A stretch of DNA of 60,227 nt from Methanobacteriota archaeon (GTDB lineage Archaea; Thermoplasmatota; Thermoplasmata; RBG-16-68-12): positions 1 to 60,227 of the forward strand of contig VBMA01000076.1 of NCBI GenBank assembly GCA_005878985.1, read 5' to 3'. Each line of letters starts with the position of its first letter. Position 1 is the first letter of the stretch. The notes beneath the pieces were generated by a model. That model was given only the letters and a program-made list of their open reading frames with translations, searched no databases and was not told where the DNA came from. Of this stretch, positions 1-7,805 are shown in pieces. A program made the translations under genes and the position numbers.

Positions 1-464
1 GTCTGCATCGTCTTTGGATTGCCGAGCATGTGCATCACGACGGCTCCGGCCCGGCTTTCCGCGACGACCCTCACCATGGCGGGCTCCCTCATTCCGGAGA
101 CATCGTTCACGATCGAGGCGCCGGCGTCAATCGCGTTCGCTGCGACGTCAGGCTTCATCGTGTCGACGGACAGCGGGATGTCGACCTTCTTGGCGAGATC
201 GTGGATGACCGGTCCGATCCGGCGCCACTCTTCGTCCGCGGCCACGGGATCCGATCCCGGCCGAGTCGACTCGCCGCCGACATCGAGCAGATCGGCACCC
301 TGCTCCACCATCTCAAGGCCGCGGCGCAATGCCGCATCGGGATCGAAGTAGCGGCCCCCGTCGGAGAACGAATCGGGCGTGACGTTGAGGATGCCCATCA
401 CGCGGGTGCGGTCGAGGGTGATCTCCCCGGTCCGATGACGCCAGATCGTGGTCGTGTGCCCCAT
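1..464 (-). CDS. folP: dihydropteroate synthase, N-terminal part (gene runs off the left edge)
   Basis: Absent from the ORF track because it has no stop codon in the window. My reverse-complement translation from ATG (464-462) reads MGHTTTIWRHRTGEITLDRTRVMGILNVTPDSFSDGGRYF..GADLLDVGGESTRPG..LSVDTMKPDVAANAIDAGASIVNDVSG..VVMHMLGNPKTMQ, which carries the classic DHPS motifs. Confidence 0.85.
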   Translation of the reverse strand, partial: MGHTTTIWRHRTGEITLDRTRVMGILNVTPDSFSDGGRYFDPDAALRRGLEMVEQGADLLDVGGESTRPGSDPVAADEEWRRIGPVIHDLAKKVDIPLSVDTMKPDVAANAIDAGASIVNDVSGMREPAMVRVVAESRAGAVVMHMLGNPKTMQ

Positions 465-519
465 GTCGGACGAAGAAGGCCGGATTCCTATTTCACGGTG
501 CGCGAGGCCCGGCAGGAAC

Positions 520-525
520 TTTATA
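520..525 (+). promoter_or_regulatory. TATA box (TTTATA) for thrS; predicts a leaderless mRNA
   Basis: TTTATA lies about 25 nt upstream of the ATG at 550, in the 85-bp divergent folP/thrS spacer. Confidence 0.5.
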
Positions 526-549
526 CCCACGAACGATAAGCGGGCCACC

Positions 550-2448
550 ATGCGGGTCCTGTTCCTCCATGTCGATTACCTCGAGTACGAGGTCAAGGAG
601 AAGGCGCTCAAAGGAGTCCCGGACGTGCCCCCATCGAAGCGGACCGATCGGATTGAGGAGGCGCTTGTCTGCTTCATCAGCGCGGAGAAGCGGGACGAGG
701 CCAACCCGGCGAGCACCGCGAGGGCCGCAGCCGCGAGCGTCGCCGACATCGCGGGCCAGCTGCACACGAAACGAGTCGTCCTCTATCCGTATGCCCATCT
801 CAGTTCGTCCCTCGCGGCCCCCGGCCCCGCGCAAGAACTGATCGCCTCCTTGGAAAAGGAACTCGTCGCGCGCGGTTTCGACGTCCATGCCTCGCCGTTC
901 GGATACTACAAGTCCTTCCGGGTCGCCGTGAAGGGCCATCCGCTCAGCGAGCTCTCCCGCGAAATCGTCGCGGTGGCGACCGCCGAGGGCAAAGAGGAAC
1001 TCTCGACGGCCGTAAAGGCGGAGGCGAAACTCGTCTCCCATTGGCACATCCTCGAACCGAACGGAGCCGTCCATCACCTCACAATCCAGGACGGAAAGGT
1101 GGGCGGTTTCCACTTCGAGGGCCACGACCAGCTCCGGAGGTTCGCGACGTACGAGATGGCGAAGTCGCGGGGGGCGAAGGAGGAGCCACCCCACGTCCGT
1201 CTGATGCGGGAGCTCGAACTCGTGGACTACGAGCCCGGCTCCGACCCCGGGAACCTACGCTACTACCCCAAGGGGCGGTTGATCAAGGGCCTCCTCGAGG
1301 ACTTCGTCACGGAACGGCTCCGGGAATACGGGACGATGGAGGTCGAGTGCCCGGTCATGTACGACTTCGAGCACCCCGCGCTGAAGTCGTACCTCGATCG
1401 CTTCCCGGCCCGGCAGTACGTCGTCCAGACGCCGAACAAGCGCGCCTTCCTGCGGTTCAGCGCCTGCTTCGGGCAGTTCCTAATCATGAAGGACATGGTG
1501 ATCTCATACAAGCAGCTGCCCCTTTCCCTCTACGAGATGACCCGCTATTCGTTCCGGGCGGAACAGCGCGGCGAGGTGGCGGGCCTGCGGCGGTTGCGGG
1601 CTTTCACGATGCCGGACTGCCACGCCCTCGTCTCCGATATCGGCATGGCGAAGGAGGAGCTCATGGTGCGCTTCGAGGTCGCATGGAACCTCCTCCAGGA
1701 CTGCGGCCTCTCGATCCCCGACGACTTCGAAGTCGGGATGCGCGTGACGAAGGCGTTCTGGGATGCGAACAAGGACTTCGTCGCGGCGTACGCGAAGCGC
1801 TGGGGCAAGCCGATCCTCGTCGAGATGTGGTCGGACCAGTTCTTCTATTTCGTCATGAAATACGAATGGAATTTCGTCGACGCGAACGACAAGGCGGCGG
1901 CGCTCACGACGGACCAGATCGATACCGAGAATGCGGAACGCTTCGGCATCACGTTCACGGACGAAGCCGGGGTGAAACGCCACCCGCTGATCCTGCACCT
2001 GTCTCCGAGCGGGGCCGTCGAACGCGTGATTTACGCGCTCTTGGAAAAAGCCGCCGCGGCGGCGAAGGCCGGCCAGACACCGATGCTGCCTCTGTGGCTC
2101 GCCCCGACCCAGATCCGCATCGTCCCCGTGGGCGCCGACCAGCTCGCGTACGCGCGATCCTTGCTCGACCGCCTCCCGGACGTGCGAGCCGACCTCGACG
2201 ACTCCGACGACACGCTCTCGAAGAAAATCCGGACGGCGGAGAAGGAATGGATCCCGTACATCGTGGTGGTCGGGAAGAAAGAGATCGAGAGCGGGAACCT
2301 GAACGTCCGGGTGCGGGAGACGAAGGAGCAGACGGAGATGTCTGTCGACACCCTACGAAAGCAGATTGTCGCCAAGACGAAAGGCCTCCCGTTCCGGCCT
2401 CTGGCGGAGCCGGCGCCCCTCAGCGCGAGGCCGATCTTCCGAGGATAG
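550..2448 (+). CDS. thrS: threonyl-tRNA synthetase, archaeal type with N-terminal editing domain
   Basis: Taken from ORF 448..2448, with the start moved to the internal Met (MRVLFLHVDYLEYEVKEKA), which matches the archaeal ThrRS editing-domain N-terminus. Class II core motifs (FRAEQRGEVAGLRRLRAFTMPD) and an anticodon-binding C-terminus are present. Confidence 0.93.
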   Translation: MRVLFLHVDYLEYEVKEKALKGVPDVPPSKRTDRIEEALVCFISAEKRDEANPASTARAAAASVADIAGQLHTKRVVLYPYAHLSSSLAAPGPAQELIASLEKELVARGFDVHASPFGYYKSFRVAVKGHPLSELSREIVAVATAEGKEELSTAVKAEAKLVSHWHILEPNGAVHHLTIQDGKVGGFHFEGHDQLRRFATYEMAKSRGAKEEPPHVRLMRELELVDYEPGSDPGNLRYYPKGRLIKGLLEDFVTERLREYGTMEVECPVMYDFEHPALKSYLDRFPARQYVVQTPNKRAFLRFSACFGQFLIMKDMVISYKQLPLSLYEMTRYSFRAEQRGEVAGLRRLRAFTMPDCHALVSDIGMAKEELMVRFEVAWNLLQDCGLSIPDDFEVGMRVTKAFWDANKDFVAAYAKRWGKPILVEMWSDQFFYFVMKYEWNFVDANDKAAALTTDQIDTENAERFGITFTDEAGVKRHPLILHLSPSGAVERVIYALLEKAAAAAKAGQTPMLPLWLAPTQIRIVPVGADQLAYARSLLDRLPDVRADLDDSDDTLSKKIRTAEKEWIPYIVVVGKKEIESGNLNVRVRETKEQTEMSVDTLRKQIVAKTKGLPFRPLAEPAPLSARPIFRG

Positions 2449-2521
2449 GCGTATTCTCCTTTCTCGAACTTGAGAACCGAGCCGCCCGGCTTTATGGACC
2501 CCGTTTCCATCGAGCGCCCGG

Positions 2522-3211
2522 ATGGCCTTCCTTAAGCGCGAGCACGTCGAGCTCCTGATCGGAATCGGCGTCCTCGCCCTCGGCCTGGGCCTCCTCGTGT
2601 TCACCTTCTCCCACGCCCTTGCTATCGCGACGGCGCCAGGCGACTTCTTCCGCGGTCAGATGCCGCAGCAGCAGACCCCCGTCGGCCCGAGCGCGTCGTT
2701 CACCTGGGACACGAACGGTGCCAACACGACGACCGTGCAGGACAACTCCCGCCAAGGCGATGTCGCGATCACATCATGGAACTGGAATTTCGGGGACGGG
2801 ACCCGCGTCTCGGGCCAGAATCCAGGCCCTCACACGTACGCGAATGCAAGCGTGTACCAGGTCAGCTTGACCGTAGGCGACGGAAACGGGAAGGAGAGCC
2901 GGGCCGTGGCCCAGGTCCAAGTCGTCCCGATGCAGACGCGATCAGGTGACAGCATCGGGGACCCGACGGCGGGCCTTCAGCTCAACCTCGACTTCGGCAG
3001 CATCCTTCAACCGGTCGCCATCACCTTCCTGACGTTCGGGATGTACGTCGTCCTCTCGATGGTCGGTGGCGCGGTGACCCGGGCCGGATGGAACATGATC
3101 AAACCGAAGCCGGAGACAATCCGCGTGCGCCTGAAGCCGAAGCACCTGACCCAGGCGATCGAAGAGGACGCGCCGTCCGTGGTCATGCTGCCGCCACCGC
3201 CGGCTCGCTGA
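2522..3211 (+). CDS. membrane protein with a PKD domain
   Basis: N- and C-terminal hydrophobic helices. PKD signature WNWNFGDGTRVSGQNPGPHTYANASVYQVSLTVGDGNG. A TTTATG box at 2491-2496 sits about 26 nt upstream of the ATG. Confidence 0.75.
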   Translation: MAFLKREHVELLIGIGVLALGLGLLVFTFSHALAIATAPGDFFRGQMPQQQTPVGPSASFTWDTNGANTTTVQDNSRQGDVAITSWNWNFGDGTRVSGQNPGPHTYANASVYQVSLTVGDGNGKESRAVAQVQVVPMQTRSGDSIGDPTAGLQLNLDFGSILQPVAITFLTFGMYVVLSMVGGAVTRAGWNMIKPKPETIRVRLKPKHLTQAIEEDAPSVVMLPPPPAR

Positions 3212-3213
3212 GA

Positions 3214-4374
3214 TCAGCGACGTGGCTTCGCCCGATGAAACTCGGTTTCGACAGTCCTTCGAGAACTCCCGTCCGAGACCACATCTGCGACCGAGACGGA
3301 TTCGCGCACGGCCTCGACCAGCGGGGAACGAACCCCGGTCATGATCACGAGGACGCGCAGGATCCCACTGTATTTCCGATCCACGCGGACGCCGAAGATC
3401 ACGTTCGCATCGGGGCGCATCGCGGCAGTCAGGCCTTCCACGACCTCGTGCGCGGTCCGGAGGGGGAGACCAGGGCCCGCGCTGATGTGGATGAGGGCCC
3501 CATTCGCCCCGCGGTAGTCCACCTCCAGGAGTGGGTTGCCGAGGGTGTCCCGGACGAGCCGGTCCGGATCGTGGTCCTCGTTCTCTCCATAGAAGACCGT
3601 CGATGTGCCGCCCGACTGGAGGATCGTGCGCACGTCGCTGAAGTCCAGGTTGATCAGCGAAGGGACCGTGATCGATTCCGTGATGCCCTTGACCACCTCG
3701 CCGATCAGATGGTCCATCACGGCAAAGGCCTGCTCGACCGGGAGGTTCGGGACGAGATCGAGCAACCGGTTGTTGTCGAGGAGGATCAGCGAATCCGTCC
3801 GGTCCCGGAGTCGTTGGATGCCCGCGCGGGCGTTCATCATTCGGCCGCGTTCCGCCCGGAACGGCGTGGTCGCCAGGCTGATGACGACACTCCCGGCGGC
3901 CTGGGCGAGCTCCGCCACGTGGGGCGCGACTCCCGTCCCCGTGCCGCCGCCCAGCCCGACCGTGATGAACGTGAGATCCGCGTCCCCGATCTGGTTCCGG
4001 AGTTCCTGCTCCGAGATTTCGGCGCACCGTTCTCCGATTTCCGGCCGACCGCCGGCCCCCATGCCGTGCGTCACGCCTCGGCCGATCAGGAGCTTGCGGT
4101 CCGCCTGGATCGAATCGAGATGCACCGCATCCGTGTTCACGACGACGGTTCGGGCGCCGTGGATCCCCATGCGATGGAGACGATGGACGGAGTTCCCACC
4201 CGCGCCACCGCATCCGATCACGAGGACCTTCGGGCGGGCGGAGCCAAACGAGTCGAGGAACGACTGGTTCCGGGTGCGCTGCGCCGTCTCGAGGCCCATC
4301 CCTGATTCCATCCCGAGCGGCCCGCCTCGGGCCGCCCTGCTCTCGCGCGCCTGAGGGTCGCGCGTTCCCGCCAC
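3214..4374 (-). CDS. ftsZ: cell division GTPase FtsZ
   Basis: VIGCGGAGGNSV (T1), GMGAGGRPEIG (T3), GLGGGTGTG (T4 tubulin signature) and DNNRLL (T7). The start is uncertain: GTG at 4374 or ATG at 4311. Confidence 0.93.
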   Translation of the reverse strand: MAGTRDPQARESRAARGGPLGMESGMGLETAQRTRNQSFLDSFGSARPKVLVIGCGGAGGNSVHRLHRMGIHGARTVVVNTDAVHLDSIQADRKLLIGRGVTHGMGAGGRPEIGERCAEISEQELRNQIGDADLTFITVGLGGGTGTGVAPHVAELAQAAGSVVISLATTPFRAERGRMMNARAGIQRLRDRTDSLILLDNNRLLDLVPNLPVEQAFAVMDHLIGEVVKGITESITVPSLINLDFSDVRTILQSGGTSTVFYGENEDHDPDRLVRDTLGNPLLEVDYRGANGALIHISAGPGLPLRTAHEVVEGLTAAMRPDANVIFGVRVDRKYSGILRVLVIMTGVRSPLVEAVRESVSVADVVSDGSSRRTVETEFHRAKPRR

Positions 4375-4380
4375 GTCGAC

Positions 4381-4698
4381 CTATCGCTCGGCCCCTTCCA
4401 TGGCCTTGTGGAGCCGACGTCGGACATACTCCCGGACCGCGTTGCGGACCGCGTCCTCGACGGACACAGAGTCGCCCGACTTCACGAGCTGCTGGAGATC
4501 GACGACGTTCCCTTTTGGCAGTTCGATCATGAGCTTGCGGATGTAGTCCGGCGCGAACTTCACGTCAATAAACCGATCGATCGCCGCGCGGATGGCGTCG
4601 GAAATCGTCGTATAGTCGCCGCTCTTGACGAGCTGATGGAGCGCTTTGATCTTGTCCGGAGGAATTCGGATCGTCACCCGCTCGGATTCCGATGGCAT
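4381..4698 (-). CDS. tandem ribbon-helix-helix (CopG-like) DNA-binding protein, CdrS-like position upstream of ftsZ
   Basis: Two RHH-like halves: VTIRIPPDKIKALHQLVKSGDYTTISDAIRAAIDRFI and LMIELPKGNVVDLQQLVKSGDSVSVEDAVRNAVREYV. The gene ends 6 nt before the ftsZ ORF on the same strand. Confidence 0.7.
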   Translation of the reverse strand: MPSESERVTIRIPPDKIKALHQLVKSGDYTTISDAIRAAIDRFIDVKFAPDYIRKLMIELPKGNVVDLQQLVKSGDSVSVEDAVRNAVREYVRRRLHKAMEGAER

Positions 4699-4760
4699 AT
4701 GGACCTAGTCCGCGTCCGACGTCTCGGGTAATTTTGTCTGACATTCGTATGGCAACGGCG

Positions 4761-4768
4761 TTATATAA
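4761..4768. promoter_or_regulatory. TATA-like element TTATATAA in the 330-nt non-coding gap
   Basis: The only strongly AT-rich octamer between 4699 and 5032. It could serve the RHH-ftsZ transcript on the minus strand with a leader of about 40 nt. Confidence 0.35.
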
Positions 4769-4799
4769 ACGTACTGTCCAGACGCTTCTATAGGACAAC

Positions 4800-5060
4800 T
4801 ATGTCGCCTCTACGGGTTCAAGCTCGAACATGTTCTCGATTCACCGGTGCCCCCGACACACAAGCGGCTTGGATCATCCCGCGGCGGATATGTCGCAGGG
4901 TGCCAACCGCCCTCGTTCCCGCCAATGCCCGCCCGCACAGGCGGGCCCGTCTCTCCGTTGCATCGACGTAGCGGCGGTTGCGGGCCCTGAAAAGCGTTAA
5001 GTTTGGGCATTTCCATCGGTTACCGATTCCAAATGAGGCCATGGTGGGGCCCTTTCCTGA
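4800..5060 (-). ncRNA. candidate structured RNA, RNase P RNA-like (S-domain-like motifs); identity not proven
   Basis: Minus-strand reading gives, in order: CAGGAAAGGGCCCC (5059-5046, CR-I-like GGAAAG-CC); hairpin ATCGG-TAA-CCGAT (5027-5015); GAUGCAACGGAGAG (4964-4951, compare bacterial GUGCAACAGAGAG in J11/12); hairpin GCCCGCC-N6-GGCGGGC (4946-4927); GGCGGGAACGAGGGCGG. These elements are enclosed by a long-range helix, 4973-4989 pairing with 4895-4911. I could not locate the P4 3-prime strand (ACAGAA..). The 5-prime part would overlap the start of ORF 5003..5638. Confidence 0.35.
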
Positions 5061-5638
5061 ACTGGCTGAATTCGCCCCAGGGATGGATTTTCTACGCCTT
5101 GCTTTCAGCATTCATTGTGTCGATTCTCTCCAACCTGGTCGCCTACGCGCGCCGCCTTCGGGAACACGGCGTGGAGAGGATGGGTCTTGGGAGACTCCTG
5201 GCCATTATGGGAGGAGTCGTCACACTGATCGCTCTAACCATCCTGCCATGGGAGAGCTATACGTCCCTCTCCTGCCCTGACTGCGGTGGATTCTGGCCCG
5301 GTCTTGCATTTGAACCATCTCTCCTTGCCATCGCTGTCTTGGTGGTTGGCCTCTTGTGGTTCACGTTCTTCGGGCTCGGGAAGAAACTTGCCGCAACCCT
5401 CGGCTTTGGGTGGGGAGGCTTGGCCCTTCTCTTCGCCGTTCTCGCGTTGGTGCACGTCTCTGTCGATGTGGCAACATCCAACCCATCTGGCGTGTACTAC
5501 ATCGAGTACGGCGTCTACGCAGCAATCGCCGGGCCCATCTTCTTGATCGTCGGTTCGGTCCTCGCCTACGTGAGGGCGAAGGAGACCGTGCCCCCAAAGC
5601 CAGTCCCATCAGATTTGGTTGTGCCACCAATTCCTTAG
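5033..5638 (+). CDS. hypothetical multi-pass membrane protein
   Basis: ORF 5003..5638 opens with TTG; the first ATG is at 5033. Four to five hydrophobic segments. GC is lower than in neighbouring genes. If the RNA candidate is real, the start may instead be 5171 or 5180. Confidence 0.55.
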   Translation: MRPWWGPFLNWLNSPQGWIFYALLSAFIVSILSNLVAYARRLREHGVERMGLGRLLAIMGGVVTLIALTILPWESYTSLSCPDCGGFWPGLAFEPSLLAIAVLVVGLLWFTFFGLGKKLAATLGFGWGGLALLFAVLALVHVSVDVATSNPSGVYYIEYGVYAAIAGPIFLIVGSVLAYVRAKETVPPKPVPSDLVVPPIP

Positions 5639-5777
5639 GCGATCACATTTGGCACCTGCTCGCGGAAGCGGCTTTGACCTCCTTGGGCGTTGGCGGTGAC
5701 GCGGTCGGCGAGACGAACGGAGAGCTCGTTTCAAGCCCCTTCGAGCCAGCGCATCGAAGCCCGACCTGAGTCAGAGC

Positions 5778-6206
5778 CTACAGCGCCCTCATCCGGTTGT
5801 TCTTCGGGTTGTGTTCGACTTCGGCTAAGTGGAGAACTTCCAGCCCCGGGGGCACGTACATGCCGAATCTCCCGCGCAGCCCTTTCTTCAATCCATACCA
5901 ACCGCCCACGGGATTCTTCGAGGATCGACCCCACGCCTCAATCGTCCCTTCGGCCGCCGGCTTCTGCTCGTCCGCGCTCCCGAGAAGCATCCAGTCGCCG
6001 CGCGACTTGAGCATCGAGCGCAGGTCGCTGATGCACCGAAGGTGATACTGGAGCTCCGTGCTCCCCGACTTGACGACGAGCGCTGGTGGATCGAGCGTCT
6101 CGTCACGGAACGCCAGAAACTCCGACGTTCCGCTCGGCGTCTTTAGGTGCCAAGGATGCTCACGCGTGCCCGCTCCCGCCCCGCTCGACTTGCCTTTGCC
6201 CGCCAT
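5778..6206 (-). CDS. conserved hypothetical protein (about 140 aa, family of unknown function)
   Basis: ORF 5778..6248 with the start moved to MAGKGKSS. The sequence HPWHLKTPSGTSEFLAFRDETLDPPALVVKSGSTELQYHLRCISDLRSMLKSRGDWMLLGSADE..PVGGWYGLKKGLRGRFGMYVPP resembles, from memory, an uncharacterised family seen mostly in bacteria. Confidence 0.6.
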   Translation of the reverse strand: MAGKGKSSGAGAGTREHPWHLKTPSGTSEFLAFRDETLDPPALVVKSGSTELQYHLRCISDLRSMLKSRGDWMLLGSADEQKPAAEGTIEAWGRSSKNPVGGWYGLKKGLRGRFGMYVPPGLEVLHLAEVEHNPKNNRMRAL

Positions 6207-6342
6207 TTTCTTCCCCCGAAAGCGTTTCTCTTCGTTCGTCCACGACAATCACTCGAACGCCGCTCGTGAACGACACGAAATGAAACGGCCCTGCCTATTT
6301 CAACGATTCGCCGCCTTCGGGTGACGGCGGTCTCGGAGAGAT

Positions 6343-6945
6343 TCAGCCTCTCCGCAGCAGTCTCGCGAGTCCACGGCTCTCCGAAAAACGGGCACCATGC
6401 ACGCGCATTTCCTTGATCGCCATGTCCGAATCACCCGGTTTCAGATCCACCCCGCGAATCGCGTCGCGAAGGACGCGGATGGCGAGACCGCGTCGCAGCC
6501 CGTCGAGCGTCGTCGCCCGCACACAGTAGTCCGTCGCGAGGCCACAGACGAACAATCCGTCGACATCGAGCTCGTGCAGGGTGGACTCGAGATCGCGGCC
6601 GCGGTCGGTGAAAGCCTGGAAGGCCGAATACGAATCTTGTTCCGGATCCATTCCTTTCGAGAGGATGACGGCGCCTTTCGGCATCTCAAGGTCTCCATGG
6701 AATCGAGCGCCCTTCGTCCCTTGCACGCAATGTGCAGGCCAGGCGCCCCCAAATTCCTTGAAGTGTTTCGTGACGCGTGGATGCCAGTCCCGGGTGAACA
6801 GGACGGGCAGCCCGCGGCGTTCGAAGAGCGCGATGGTCCGATTCACGCGCGGAATAATCGCATCGCCGTCCGGCACTCCGAGCGCCCCACCCGGGCAGAA
6901 GTCGTTCTGAATGTCGACGACGAGCAGCGCCGGCTTCGGTCCCAC
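6343..6945 (-). CDS. pncA: nicotinamidase/pyrazinamidase (isochorismatase family)
   Basis: ALLVVDIQNDFCPGGALGV..TRDWHP..LFVCGLATDYCV. The ORF-track start at 7317 runs through the upstream Nudix gene. An in-frame GTG at 6945 gives MGPKPALLVVD. Confidence 0.85.
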   Translation of the reverse strand: MGPKPALLVVDIQNDFCPGGALGVPDGDAIIPRVNRTIALFERRGLPVLFTRDWHPRVTKHFKEFGGAWPAHCVQGTKGARFHGDLEMPKGAVILSKGMDPEQDSYSAFQAFTDRGRDLESTLHELDVDGLFVCGLATDYCVRATTLDGLRRGLAIRVLRDAIRGVDLKPGDSDMAIKEMRVHGARFSESRGLARLLRRG

Positions 6946-6973
6946 GGTCCCGGCCCGCCATCCAGGCGATTCG

Positions 6974-7513
6974 CTAAAAGGTTGCGGCCTGGATGAAACG
7001 CTCGAAATCCGCGACGTAGTCCTCTCGGAACGCGAGGTCCGAGGGCAAGCGCTCAAACCATCGCGTCTCTCGCACGTCGGGACCGGGACGCGCGACGGGG
7101 GACGACGCCCGCGCCACGAACTGGGCAAAGTAGCCGTGACGCACCCGGTTGCCATCGGAGAAGGTCTGCTGGAGAATGCGCGTGAGGACGGGCTCCAGCA
7201 CCTCCAAGCCCACCTCTTCACGCACTTCGCGGCGTAAGCCGTCCAGGGTGGTCTCCCCTTCTTCCATACGGCCACCGGGGGTGACCCAGGCGTCGCCCCA
7301 ACCGGCCGCGGCCACATGACGGATCAAGAGGACGCGACCGTGCCCGTCGTGGAGGAGTCCGCCCGCGGACCAGAACGGGTCTTCGGCCGTCCGGAATGCC
7401 GAGTGGTCCGGCGGGACGACGAGCTTCCGCTTCTCGATTGGAACGCGCCCGAACCGCTCGAACGCATCCGCGAGTCGGTCCTTGCAGATCCCGGGGCACA
7501 TCGTCGGTCTCAA
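6974..7513 (-). CDS. NUDIX hydrolase
   Basis: Nudix box GGRMEEGETTLDGLRREVREEVGLEV. Confidence 0.85.
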   Translation of the reverse strand: MRPTMCPGICKDRLADAFERFGRVPIEKRKLVVPPDHSAFRTAEDPFWSAGGLLHDGHGRVLLIRHVAAAGWGDAWVTPGGRMEEGETTLDGLRREVREEVGLEVLEPVLTRILQQTFSDGNRVRHGYFAQFVARASSPVARPGPDVRETRWFERLPSDLAFREDYVADFERFIQAATF

Positions 7514-7573
7514 GGATGGAAAGCTTATTTAACACCGCCCCGAGTTGCGGACCCGCGCACGGAGGGTTCGCGC

Positions 7574-7795
7574 GTGCCCCTCGAAGACGTTTCTGATCGA
7601 GCCAACAAGGTTTACGACACGATGAAGTCCGCCGGCATCACTTCGGAGGACAAGATGCGCGACGCGGAGGCGATCACGAAGATGTCCAAGCTCGGGAAGA
7701 ATTTCGTCCTCCAAGCACTCCAAGAGTTGCAGTCGAAGGGCTACGCGAAGCGCCGGGCGCGCGAGAAGGCCGCGGGCTACTGGCTCATCAAGTGA
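7574..7795 (+). CDS. small putative winged-helix protein (73 aa)
   Basis: This is the C-terminal part of ORF 7316..7795. An in-frame GTG at 7574 is preceded by GGAGGG (7561-7566) and TTATTTAA (7524-7531). The upstream part of the ORF overlaps the Nudix gene in antisense. Confidence 0.5.
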   Translation: MPLEDVSDRANKVYDTMKSAGITSEDKMRDAEAITKMSKLGKNFVLQALQELQSKGYAKRRAREKAAGYWLIK

Positions 7796-7805
7796 CCGGT
7801 TCGGA

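Noticed and set aside
4800-5000. SRP (7S) RNA or a tRNA in the ftsZ-proximal gap.
   Set aside because: For a tRNA, the GGTTCAAGCTCG at about 4815 has no complementary T-stem and no cloverleaf can be drawn. For SRP RNA, I could not find the conserved helix-8 GNAR tetraloop or the AGCA / GGAAGG-type motifs. The RNase P-like motif order on the minus strand fits better, although it is also unproven.
7316-7573. The N-terminal 86 codons of ORF 7316..7795.
   Set aside because: They are antisense to the well-supported Nudix gene and Arg/Pro-rich. A GTG with an upstream GGAGGG and a TATA-like box at 7524-7531 fits a 73-aa product instead.
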